DNA of 62,218 bases, counting the filler, from Leptolyngbyaceae cyanobacterium (GTDB lineage Bacteria > Cyanobacteriota > Cyanobacteriia > Leptolyngbyales > Leptolyngbyaceae): the NCBI GenBank assembly GCA_046080785.1. It is 8 parts of 8 records of this genome, joined end to end, with 100 filler letters (N's around TTAATTAATTAA, not from the genome) between each part and the next. Parts side by side here need not be neighbours in the genome. Positions count along the whole stretch, not along the records: positions 1 to 23,292 come from JBJTUO010000230.1; 7 more parts are not named here. One strand, given 5' to 3'. A program made the position numbers and the translations under genes. The notes under the pieces are model-generated. The model saw only the letters and a list, made by a program, of their open reading frames with translations. It was not told where the DNA came from and made no database searches. Below, piece by piece: positions 11,112 through 20,204 of the stretch; position 1 is the stretch's first letter; each line of letters begins with the position of its first letter.

Positions 11112-11585
11112 ATGAGTATGGCAAACAGTACATCGTCACTTGATCAGTCTGACAAGCCGATCCGCTCTTTAGAAGATGCGTTTGAGCGTTGTCAAAGCAA
11201 GGGCATGCGTTTGAGCCGTCAACGTCGCTTTATTTTAGAACTGCTCTGGCAAGACCAGGAGCATCTCTCAGCCCGTGAAATCTACGATCGCCTCAACCGC
11301 CAAGGCAAAGATATTGGCCACACCTCCGTCTATCAGAATCTAGAAGCCCTATCTGAAAATGGCATTATTGAGTGCATTGAACGCTCAGATGGCAGATTGT
11401 ACGGTAATATTAGCGACTCCCATAGTCATATCAATTGTCTGGATACTGACCAGATTTTAGATGTCCATATAGAACTACCTGAATCTGTGTTACGCCAGGT
11501 AGAAGCCCAAACCGGAGTCCACATTACTGGGTATCACATTGACTTTTACGGCTACCGTGAGTCGCCTTACGAAGAGGGCGTTTGA
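11112..11585 (+). CDS. Fur family transcriptional regulator (FurC/PerR-like)
   Basis: GMRLSRQR, HLSAREIY, TSVYQNL, HSHINC. Confidence 0.88.
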   Translation: MSMANSTSSLDQSDKPIRSLEDAFERCQSKGMRLSRQRRFILELLWQDQEHLSAREIYDRLNRQGKDIGHTSVYQNLEALSENGIIECIERSDGRLYGNISDSHSHINCLDTDQILDVHIELPESVLRQVEAQTGVHITGYHIDFYGYRESPYEEGV

Positions 11586-11755
11586 AAAGTATCCGGCGGT
11601 TAAAACCGCTGCTAAGTACCTAGAATCAAAAATTACCTGGCATAACCCCGACTTCAGTCGCCAGGGTCACAGACAGACAGGCTTTTAAAGCATCCTCTAG
11701 GGCAAGCCGCCAGGTTGGCGATTAAACTGACGGTGTAGGGTAATCACTTCTAACT

Positions 11756-13144
11756 ATGAGTACTTCCATCGCAGACCGCTCCATTCAAAGGATCCTGCAA
11801 TCCCAGCGCGCTTTTTTTAACACCGGGCAAACCCGTGCCCTGTCCTTTCGTCTAGCCCAGCTACAGCGGCTCAAGCAAGGGATTATCCAGTTTCAGGATG
11901 AGATTGTGGAGGCAGCCAAAGCCGATTTGGGCCGACCAGCCTTTGAGGCTTACTTTGAGATAGCCACCCTGACCGAAATCAATCTGGCTTTAAAAAAACT
12001 GAGATCGTGGGTTAAACCTCAGCCCGCCCCAACATCCATTGATTTATTTCCTGCCAAAGCCTGGACTCAACCAGAGCCGCTTGGGGTTGTATTAATCATA
12101 GGCCCCTGGAACTATCCCTTTCAACTGATGATTTCCCCCCTAGTGGGAGCGATCGCAGCAGGCAATTGTGCGATTTTAAAACCTTCGGAGTTAGCACCCC
12201 ACACGTCGTCAATCGTGACCCGCTTAATTGAAACGGTCTTTGAGCCAGACCATGTAGCCGTGGTTGAAGGCGATGCCACAGTCAGTCAAGCACTCTTAGC
12301 TGAACAATTTGACCACATTTTCTTTACCGGAGGAACGGCGATCGGTCGGGTTGTGATGGCAGCGGCAGCCAAACACCTGACCCCAGTCACCTTAGAGTTG
12401 GGTGGCAAAAGCCCCTGTATTGTGGAGGCTGACATTCAGGTGGAGGTGGCCGCCAAACGGATTGCCTGGGGCAAATTTATCAACGCAGGGCAGACCTGTA
12501 TCGCGCCTGATTATCTGCTGGTTAACCGGCGCATCAAACCAGCCCTATTAGAGGCGATCCAACAAGCTATTCGTGAATTTTACGGTGAGGATCCGGCCAG
12601 CAGCCCTGATTACGCACGGCTAATTAACCAGCGACACTTTAATCGGGTAGCAGCCCTGCTGGAAACTGGAGATCGGGTGATTGGTGGCCAAATTGACCCA
12701 GAAACCCGCTACATTGCCCCCACTGTGCTAGACAACATTGGTTGGGATGCCCCCATCATGCAGGAAGAAATCTTTGGGCCAATCTTGCCCGTATTGGAAT
12801 ATGACACCCTAGAGCAGGCGATCGCCTGGGTCAATGCCCGCCCCAAACCTCTGGCCCTCTACTTTTTTTCTCGCGATCAACACAAAAAACAACTGGTTCT
12901 ACAGCACACTTCTTCTGGTGGGGTCTGTTTCAATGATGTTGTGATGCAGGTGGCAGTTGTTGGCCTCCCCTTTGGCGGAGTTGGGCAAAGCGGCATGGGT
13001 CGTTATCACGGTAAGGCCAGCTTTGATACCTTTTCTCACTTTAAGAGTGTGTTGCAGCGATCGTTCTGGATCGATTTGGGTTGGCGCTATGCCCCCTACA
13101 CGATCGGGCGGCTCAACCAGATTAAGCGCATTGTAACTGGTTAA
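11756..13144 (+). CDS. Aldehyde dehydrogenase
   Basis: [27 protein letters not shown]. Confidence 0.95.
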   Translation: MSTSIADRSIQRILQSQRAFFNTGQTRALSFRLAQLQRLKQGIIQFQDEIVEAAKADLGRPAFEAYFEIATLTEINLALKKLRSWVKPQPAPTSIDLFPAKAWTQPEPLGVVLIIGPWNYPFQLMISPLVGAIAAGNCAILKPSELAPHTSSIVTRLIETVFEPDHVAVVEGDATVSQALLAEQFDHIFFTGGTAIGRVVMAAAAKHLTPVTLELGGKSPCIVEADIQVEVAAKRIAWGKFINAGQTCIAPDYLLVNRRIKPALLEAIQQAIREFYGEDPASSPDYARLINQRHFNRVAALLETGDRVIGGQIDPETRYIAPTVLDNIGWDAPIMQEEIFGPILPVLEYDTLEQAIAWVNARPKPLALYFFSRDQHKKQLVLQHTSSGGVCFNDVVMQVAVVGLPFGGVGQSGMGRYHGKASFDTFSHFKSVLQRSFWIDLGWRYAPYTIGRLNQIKRIVTG

Positions 13145-13149
13145 TTCGT

Positions 13150-13291
13150 TTTGCAATGCGGTGGGGGCACCTTGATAGCTGTCATGCCAATAATCAACGC
13201 ACCATTTCCAGACATTGCCTTGCATATCGCATAGACCAAAGGCATTGGGCGGAAAACTCCCGACATCAGTGGTCTCCTCTCGATAGATTCC
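13150..13291 (-). pseudogene. Formylglycine-generating enzyme (SUMF1) family fragment
   Basis: [43 protein letters not shown] with an in-frame stop just upstream and no start. Confidence 0.75.
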
Positions 13292-13342
13292 TTAGAGCAA
13301 GAGTGTAGAGTTTCCCTTCATGCTGAGGGGAGCCTCAATTAA

Positions 13343-13389
13343 TGGACGCAACTGGACTCGAACCAGTGACCCCCACGATGTCAACGTAG
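13343..13389 (-). other. tRNA-Val(GAC) 3'-half duplicate, the att site of an integrated island
   Basis: Minus strand CTACG-TTGACAT-CGTGG anticodon arm, GGTTCGAGTCC T-arm and TGCGTCCA acceptor 3' strand; no D-arm or 5' acceptor strand. Confidence 0.85.
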
Positions 13390-13507
13390 AGGTATCGCTA
13401 TTAAAAGCGCATCCGACAAGGGGTTTTGAGAATTTCCAATAAATTTACGACCCATTTTCGACCCAAAATCATTTGCTTTACACTTTCTTTACTTTAGGAC
13501 TGAAGTT

Positions 13508-13693
13508 CTACAAGTCGCTTTTTTTCGGGTCATCCTTCAGTAATCCCTTCGCTTTTGCCTCATCGATAGCCTTTTGAGCCAGGGTAACAAGCATATTCGA
13601 CATTGAACGGTTTTCAAGCTGACATAATCTCTCGAAGTCACTCTTAAGGCCCGTTGGCATGACCACATTAATTCTCGGATTTTTGGCTGGCAT
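13508..13693 (-). CDS. Ribbon-helix-helix (CopG/Arc-like) regulator
   Basis: PRINVVM beta strand then helix, ENRSMSNM. Confidence 0.75.
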   Translation of the reverse strand: MPAKNPRINVVMPTGLKSDFERLCQLENRSMSNMLVTLAQKAIDEAKAKGLLKDDPKKSDL

Positions 13694-13885
13694 CAGACAA
13701 CCAACGTCAATAACTCATTAATTCTGCCACTTCACTACACAACCATTACAAAAGTGACATCACTATGACGTTATAGTTGTGGTACTCTCACCATTTAGAG
13801 TGTTACCGCTCAAAAAAATGCAAAGCCAGCCCCAGTAGTTTTGCAGGCTTCAAGGGCTGGCACCCCTTTACGGAGTTAAATCATC

Positions 13886-14131
13886 ATGCCAGAAAATACT
13901 TCTGATCATTCAGGTCTACCTGAACAACCCTTTATCGACCTTCGCGATCGCCCTTCTCCTGACATTCTGCGAGTTCTAGCGATCGGTAGCCCCCAAGTGG
14001 TGCATCAGTATGTCATGGCTCAATTCAAGTATGGCTATGCCCGTCCTGATGAATGGTCTTCTCAGCTTCCAACGGTAAATGAAGGTGAGGTGATGCAGAT
14101 ACTCACGAAGCGGGTAAGTTTGATGGAGTAA
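13886..14131 (+). CDS. Small hypothetical protein of a cyanobacterial family
   Basis: GGAG RBS; IGSP...GYA..DEWS..LP...GEVM.IL pattern; downstream terminator. Confidence 0.65.
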   Translation: MPENTSDHSGLPEQPFIDLRDRPSPDILRVLAIGSPQVVHQYVMAQFKYGYARPDEWSSQLPTVNEGEVMQILTKRVSLME

Positions 14132-14168
14132 CTTACAAAGGCCCAAGAAAACCCTACCTTTTCTTATT

Positions 14169-14195
14169 AGCCCAGGAACTTGACTGGGCTTTTTT
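14169..14195 (+). terminator. Rho-independent terminator
   Basis: AGCCCAG-loop-CTGGGCT followed by a T run. Confidence 0.7.
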
Positions 14196-14507
14196 CATTC
14201 TTTCGGAGGAAATATACTCTTCATTAGGATACCCAAGTCTCAAACTGCAAAATGGCCCCTTAAGTTCTCTTAATCTTTATCCTTAATTTATCTTGATTTC
14301 TAGTAGTCAAAATAAATCTATCCCTATATTTTGAGTAGTATTTTCTTAACTTGACTGTACAACTCCTAGATGTAGAGTACACAGGCTGTTTGGTATTTGG
14401 CTAGTACGTGTAAACTAATAATAGATACGGAGATCTCTAGTTGCGACTGGGATGAAAACCGCTTAACTTGAGTTAAGGAGTGTATAACTCTAGCAAGCTT
14501 TCAGGAG

Positions 14508-14969
14508 GTGGTTGTGTTGTTGACATGCTTTGAGGTAGCAAAGTATTTCATCCGACTAGCGCATGAAACAGGGTCTTTCATTAGCAACCTGAAACTCCAA
14601 AAGCTTGTGTACTACGCTCAGGCATGGCACTTGGCACTTTTTGAGCAGCCGCTGTTTAACGAGGACTTTGAAGCGTGGATTCATGGTCCTGTAGTTCCTG
14701 AGCTTTACCACTACTATAAAAAGTTTGGTTGGCGACCAATTGATGAGGCTGCTGACCCGCAACTACCTGATGAAATTCGGGATTTTCTGAGCGAGGTTGT
14801 AGAAGAGTATTTCGCTTGCGATGCCTATGAATTGGAGCAAATGACTCATCTTGAAGATCCCTGGAATCGGGCAAGGGGTGGTTTGCCACCTGACGTACCC
14901 TCTAACCAGGTCATTTTGAAGGAATGGATGCAGGAGTATTACGCGGCGCGTGTCGAAGAAGAAGATTAG
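14508..14969 (+). CDS. Panacea/DUF4065 (SocA/GepA-like) antitoxin
   Basis: SNLKLQKLVYYAQ, FEAWIHGPVVPELY, LEQMTHLEDPW. Confidence 0.9.
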   Translation: MVVLLTCFEVAKYFIRLAHETGSFISNLKLQKLVYYAQAWHLALFEQPLFNEDFEAWIHGPVVPELYHYYKKFGWRPIDEAADPQLPDEIRDFLSEVVEEYFACDAYELEQMTHLEDPWNRARGGLPPDVPSNQVILKEWMQEYYAARVEEED

Positions 14970-15402
14970 GAAGACTGAAGTCCCGAAAGATAGCTCATTC
15001 GGCATTCAACCAACAAAGCTGAAGCCCCCTCAAGGCATCAGCTTTTCGTTTAAGTATTTCAATGACACCCATGAAAAGTTTTCCTGTACTGAAAGAGAAG
15101 GCAGCTATTGGATCACCTTGATTACCCGCCTACGGGATTTGTCAGGGCTGACGGCTATAGAACTGCGGCAGGGTAATAATAAAACCTTGCGATGCCATCC
15201 CATTGATTGGAGCAGTAAGGGGGTGAGTGAAGCTTGCTTTGGGATTCCGGGTGAAGAGCAGTTGGTAGACACGCCCTATCAGTTTTCTCTAACCTCTAAT
15301 GAGCATGGCAGAGTACATGGATTTTTTATCGAGAATATTTTCTTCGTGGTGTGGCTGGATGCAGAGCACCAACTTTACTCAGGCAATCCGGCTGGTAATT
15401 GA
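14950..15402 (+). CDS. Putative toxin partner of the Panacea antitoxin
   Basis: Overlaps the antitoxin by 20 nt; FSFKY and GRVHGF..NIFFVVWLD.EH motifs suggest a RelE-like fold (inference). Confidence 0.65.
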   Translation: MSKKKIRKTEVPKDSSFGIQPTKLKPPQGISFSFKYFNDTHEKFSCTEREGSYWITLITRLRDLSGLTAIELRQGNNKTLRCHPIDWSSKGVSEACFGIPGEEQLVDTPYQFSLTSNEHGRVHGFFIENIFFVVWLDAEHQLYSGNPAGN

Positions 15403-15521
15403 GCCTACTCAAAGTTCACCCCGGAAGGAGCGATGCAGGACAGTTTGAAACAGATGCTTTAACTGTGTGCCTAATAGGTAATCAAGCAACCAAACCAGAG
15501 GTGCTTGTCTAGCTGTCGGTT

Positions 15522-16022
15522 CTAGCAACCTAAGTGTTGACGCAACTGAGCTAGTTCCGCTGTTGGTAGACGACTGCCCACTTGCTCAAGCGTGATGAGC
15601 CAGGTACACAGTTGGTCGGCAGTTCTCAGTTTTAGCTGGTAGGCTTGGTCGATGATCCAGAGTAGACCATGAAAGGGCACTTGCTCCTGCTGGCACAGTT
15701 TTCGTAGGGGCTTTTCGTTGGTTAGCAATGTGCATCCAACGTTTTTCGCGTAGTAGAAGTTTAAGACATCGGGCAAACTCAAGCGTCCTGTCTTATAAGG
15801 TAGAGCAGCCTTTACCCACTCTTGCTTAGCTTCAATTTCCTGAATGCCAGCTTGTCGAATATTGTCTGCCAAGTTGGGAGGCTCCTCGCACTCTAATAGG
15901 ACAACATCCAGAACTTGGGCTGTTCCCAACGCTGGTAATACGTCTAGCCCCTCTACAAAGCCTAGATCAATCAGAACATTAGCATCGACTAAAAAGGTCA
16001 ATTCCCGTTCTCCTCCGTCCAC
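15522..16022 (-). CDS. PIN-domain protein
   Basis: LVDANVLID N-terminus, LSLPD, LLTNEKPLR, FHGLLW. Confidence 0.8.
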   Translation of the reverse strand: MDGGERELTFLVDANVLIDLGFVEGLDVLPALGTAQVLDVVLLECEEPPNLADNIRQAGIQEIEAKQEWVKAALPYKTGRLSLPDVLNFYYAKNVGCTLLTNEKPLRKLCQQEQVPFHGLLWIIDQAYQLKLRTADQLCTWLITLEQVGSRLPTAELAQLRQHLGC

Positions 16023-17092
16023 CGTCGCAATTCTTGGCGTACCTCAGTAAGACTTTCTCCAAGGACTTCTGCGGCTCTAGAGGTGGTGATCTCCTCTTCT
16101 AACAATGCTAGGTAAGTGAGACGCTGTAGCCGATTCAGACAAGAAGGTTCGGGTAGGGTAGGCTGCTCACGATCGGGATATTTCTTTTTGAGCACCCCTA
16201 TCTGCTGCCCAACTTGCTTTTTGCTGATAAAACTGAGTTGACCAGCACGCATCAGAATCGTGATGAGGCTGACATTGTATCGACATTTAAGGTCTGCTAA
16301 GAGGGGTTCTGGAATCCAGCGATCGCGATAGGCGTGTAGCTCTTTACGAAGGATATCTTCTGAGAGTAAAACCGCTCCTGCTAAATGGTCGGCAGATTTT
16401 TCCCGTGGATCTTTGCCTGCGGTTTGGGTTAGTGGTTCGGATGAAGCTTTGTATTCCTGACGATGAAAGATGAGGTGGGCAAGCTCGTGAAGAACCGTAA
16501 AGAATTGTCTCTCGGTGGGATGAATCGAGTTCACAAAAATCACGGCTCCCAGTTCATCCGTATAGGCAGAGAAACCGGAGATATCGTTAGGCAGAGGATG
16601 TAGCAGGATCTTCAATCCCTTGGCTTCTAAGAGTGCAAACACATCCCCGATCGGCGTTGATTCGCTTAAACCTAACCATTGGCGAATTTCTTTGGCGACT
16701 TCTTCAACCGCATATTCTTTGTACTCCTTGAGGGGACGTTGCTCTGGCAGGGCTGGTAACTCACCCAATAATTGCTCGATCGCGGCATAATCGATAGCCT
16801 TTTGGGTCAACAGGCTCCGCAACGTTGGGGTGAGAGCAGCGGGTTCGTCTGCGCGAAACAATAACCCAATCTCTGATGAGTAGGCTGCTCCATCAGAATT
16901 CGTTGCCAGCAACAGATCCGTTGATACACCCAACCGCTTCGCAATCTTGGTGAGTTGGGCAAGGGAAGGCTCTCGATCGCCCGTTTCCCAGGCGGCGATC
17001 GTTTGTCGAGTAACGCCAATCGCCTCTCCCAGTTGTTCTTGAGAGAGTCCTGCTTGCTCCCGAAAGGCACGGATCAGGTTAACAGAGTTCAT
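15998..17092 (-). CDS. XRE HTH plus ImmA/IrrE (DUF955) metallopeptidase
   Basis: N-terminal HTH (GLSQEQLG..IGVTRQTIAAWE) and HELAH zinc motif. Confidence 0.9.
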   Translation of the reverse strand: MNSVNLIRAFREQAGLSQEQLGEAIGVTRQTIAAWETGDREPSLAQLTKIAKRLGVSTDLLLATNSDGAAYSSEIGLLFRADEPAALTPTLRSLLTQKAIDYAAIEQLLGELPALPEQRPLKEYKEYAVEEVAKEIRQWLGLSESTPIGDVFALLEAKGLKILLHPLPNDISGFSAYTDELGAVIFVNSIHPTERQFFTVLHELAHLIFHRQEYKASSEPLTQTAGKDPREKSADHLAGAVLLSEDILRKELHAYRDRWIPEPLLADLKCRYNVSLITILMRAGQLSFISKKQVGQQIGVLKKKYPDREQPTLPEPSCLNRLQRLTYLALLEEEITTSRAAEVLGESLTEVRQELRRWTEENGN

Positions 17093-17485
17093 GCGTTTTT
17101 AGCGGTTTTTAGGCATGGATGTTATATATATCTAACATCGTACCATGCGCTAAAGGAGGTGATTGTAATGGCAAAGACAGCTTGCTGCTGCATGGTTTTT
17201 AGAAGGAGCAAATCATACCCATCTAGCAACTGCATTTGAAAGCGATTAAAGGCGGTGCTACTGGCTGGATCACATCGAACTGTGATTGACTCAATTGGTC
17301 GAATAGTTGACGATACAGATGGGTAGAGGTTGTCATGGTTTTGGCTGTTGTGTGGTAACTCTAGCCTCTCATGGTTCTCTACCCTCTTCGCCAATTCCCT
17401 TGTGTTTATTGGGTTTCACCTACTTCTGTCATGCAAGCAGGTCGGAACCACTGCTTCACTCGCATCCGAGTATAGGCGAGGAGCT

Positions 17486-20194
17486 TCACCACGGTTTAGA
17501 AAGTTTATCAATGACATCCTTACGAGACAAAACTCTGGAACACAGTTCCCAGCGGTTACAGTCGGAGTGAATCGTTTCTTGATACCGGATCTCGAACACA
17601 TCACGAGCTTTTTGACGCAGGTGAATGTACTCATCCATCCGCTGCTCCAATTCTTCAACCGTTTCAATCCAGTCGTCGTCAATGGTGTCTGGTAAACCGC
17701 CAAACAGATCGTAACGGTCTTTCATACGACGGGATAAAGCCTGGTAAACCTCTTCATCCTGGGTTTCGTGATATACCAAATTCAACATATCGACGGTACG
17801 CCGTGCTTGCCCAAAGCGCTTAATGCGTCCGAGTCGTTGCTCCAGACGTGAGGGGTTCCAGGGCAGATCAACGTTAATTAGCGTACCCAGGGTTTGTAGG
17901 TTCAGCCCTTCACAGGCAGCATCTGTAGCAATCACCAGACGAATTTCTCGGTCTTTAACTTTTTGCTTAATTTGTTCACGTTCGATGGAAGCAAAGTCCT
18001 CTCCCCGAAACAATCCACTTTTGCCTGCCCCAGCGTAGACTGCGATCGGTTCGTTGGGTAAAAGGCGAGCCAGTTCAGTTCCGACGAAATAGGCGGTGTC
18101 GTAATACTGGCTGAAGATGATGCAGCCATGCTCTAACCACGTTTTGCCCTCAGTATGGTGTTGAGTCAGGAAGTAGCGAATAGCCCCAAGTTTGGGATCA
18201 CGGGCTTCAGCGCGGGAGAGTTCTGCCACAATTGTTTGTAGATGTTGTATTTCTTCAGCCTTGAGGTCACTTATCGTCTCTGCCAGCAATCGTGTTTGTT
18301 CCTCATCTTCAAGGGCTTCTTGCCGCAGCATTTTCTCTGCTGTGATCCGACCAGAAGCAAAACTAGAGCAGATGCGTTGAAGTAGCAATGTTTTCATGAA
18401 TCCAGCCGCCCTGGAATGTTTTTTCAGAGCGGTTGTGAAATCTTCAGCCGCCTGATAGGCCAGATCAAAGGGGCGATTCGTCAGCAAGCCCAGCCCCTGG
18501 AATCCAACGCCGGAGTAAGTTGTGCTTGGGACATCCGGGTTGGGATGAATCTCTACCCCAATTTTTTCTAATAGCCCTGCTTCTTCTAACGTTGTGCGAC
18601 GACGGAGGACGGTATGACGCAGGATAGGGTTATGAGTTTTGAAGAAATCAGGTTCAAGCGACTGCTCGATCGCCTGTTGATCTAGAAAACTAAGTGAGCC
18701 AAATCCCTGATCGGTAAAGAAGACTTGATCCGGTATTCCCAGTTGAAATCGCAGACCCATAAATAGCCCATCCTCGCTGGCAGGCGGCAGGGGGTTCCGC
18801 AGCCACTCCCAGGATTCTCGTGCATTGGCTGGTCTCTTTTCTCCTTTGACGATGGGGACTGCTTTTTGGCAATCAATCCACTGACTCACAAATTCACGAC
18901 CCAGTACAAAGTCTGCTCCTGTACTTAAGATCTGCAACAAATCCCATAATTCACACACTTCAGTTTGAATTGGAGTCGCGGTACTCAAGAGCAGGTTTCG
19001 AGTAGAGGGGGCAATCCGAATCATGAAATCCAGGAGATTGTTGTACTTTTCTTTCCCAGCTCCCAATTTGCCTTTACGTCGTGCCTTGTGAGCTTCGTCC
19101 AAAACCACAGTGCCATATTTGAGATTGAGTAAATGCTGGCATTCCTCAGACTCCTGGGTAATCAAGCCTGTGGAGACGATCGCAATCCGAAACGGGCAAC
19201 GGGCCACATCTGCCGCGCCCTGAGTTTTGATGATGTATCCTCTGGAATCACACCAGACTTTCTTAGTCGATAACCAGACTGCACTGGGAATACCCAGTTT
19301 ATCTGTCAGCTCAACCTGCCACTGCTGGGTTAACGTGGAAGGACATAGAATCAACACGGGACCATCATCCAGCAGGGCCGACATCATGGCACTTGCAGCC
19401 AGAGAAAGGGTTTTTCCAACTCCTACTTCATCAGCCAATAACAAACGGGCTTTTCCATAGATCTCGCGGTGCTGGAGAAAGAGGGTGACGAACGATCTCT
19501 GCCAGGGTTGAAGTTGTTCTCCACCCCGATAAATTGGGCTTTCTGCCAGGGCAGCGGCAGGCAAATCAGCAGGAGTGACATCCGGGAAACGAATTTCAAC
19601 TCGATCTGCAATGCGTTTAACTTCTTCGACGATCGCATCGGGCAGTGGATAAGCATCGGGCCAGAGAGCATCAAATTCTTCCTCAACCCAGGCCACTCCT
19701 TCAGGGGAGGTATCTTCCCAGAGGATCTCGTAGTTGTGGACAAAGGCACTTTTGGTTTCGTTGGTTGATCCTAAAAAACAGGTTTTTGTTCCATCCACTA
19801 CCTCAATAACGCCTGCTTTGCCATGAATAAAAACGCAATTCTTGGGCACCACCCGAATTTCAACATTGCCGTTGGTCAGTAATTTGTACAGATAGCGGTA
19901 GCGATCGCGGTACAGCAACGCTTCTATTTCAGACGTATTCTCGTTCCAGCGTTCTTTCAAGGCCATTTCGCGGACGTGTTTGGAGATGGTGATATCACCC
20001 ACGTCTAACTCACTGTTGCAGATGATCTGAACGGACGGAATCCCAGCAATTTCTTCCCCGACCAGTTCAAAGATGGAGCTTCGGAAGTAACCTGCAATGC
20101 GCTTATAGGATTTTGCCGTCTTGAGGCGATCGCGCAGGAAGGTTTGGTCAAGTGTTTGATTGCGACGAGACGAGAAGCGATTGATTTGGTTCAT
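17486..20194 (-). CDS. PLD nuclease-SNF2 helicase of a restriction-like anti-phage system
   Basis: HGKAGVIE/GSTN PLD-like motif, LADEVGVGKT, DEAH, EGLNLQ, QRLGRIKR; start ATG 20194 with GAGGT RBS. Confidence 0.88.
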   Translation of the reverse strand: MNQINRFSSRRNQTLDQTFLRDRLKTAKSYKRIAGYFRSSIFELVGEEIAGIPSVQIICNSELDVGDITISKHVREMALKERWNENTSEIEALLYRDRYRYLYKLLTNGNVEIRVVPKNCVFIHGKAGVIEVVDGTKTCFLGSTNETKSAFVHNYEILWEDTSPEGVAWVEEEFDALWPDAYPLPDAIVEEVKRIADRVEIRFPDVTPADLPAAALAESPIYRGGEQLQPWQRSFVTLFLQHREIYGKARLLLADEVGVGKTLSLAASAMMSALLDDGPVLILCPSTLTQQWQVELTDKLGIPSAVWLSTKKVWCDSRGYIIKTQGAADVARCPFRIAIVSTGLITQESEECQHLLNLKYGTVVLDEAHKARRKGKLGAGKEKYNNLLDFMIRIAPSTRNLLLSTATPIQTEVCELWDLLQILSTGADFVLGREFVSQWIDCQKAVPIVKGEKRPANARESWEWLRNPLPPASEDGLFMGLRFQLGIPDQVFFTDQGFGSLSFLDQQAIEQSLEPDFFKTHNPILRHTVLRRRTTLEEAGLLEKIGVEIHPNPDVPSTTYSGVGFQGLGLLTNRPFDLAYQAAEDFTTALKKHSRAAGFMKTLLLQRICSSFASGRITAEKMLRQEALEDEEQTRLLAETISDLKAEEIQHLQTIVAELSRAEARDPKLGAIRYFLTQHHTEGKTWLEHGCIIFSQYYDTAYFVGTELARLLPNEPIAVYAGAGKSGLFRGEDFASIEREQIKQKVKDREIRLVIATDAACEGLNLQTLGTLINVDLPWNPSRLEQRLGRIKRFGQARRTVDMLNLVYHETQDEEVYQALSRRMKDRYDLFGGLPDTIDDDWIETVEELEQRMDEYIHLRQKARDVFEIRYQETIHSDCNRWELCSRVLSRKDVIDKLSKPW

Positions 20195-20204
20195 TGGTGT
20201 GACC

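Noticed and set aside
11593..11670. Short palindromes (GCGGTTAAAACCGC, CGACTTCAGTCG), with similar relics near 59156-59210
   Set aside because: Degenerate REP-like remnants with no second copy in the window to support them
12899..13225. 108-aa ORF antisense to aldehyde dehydrogenase
   Set aside because: Only the first ~22 aa are an FGE relic; the rest is shadow frame
13343..13389. Functional tRNA-Val gene
   Set aside because: D-arm and 5' acceptor strand are absent; treated as an att duplicate
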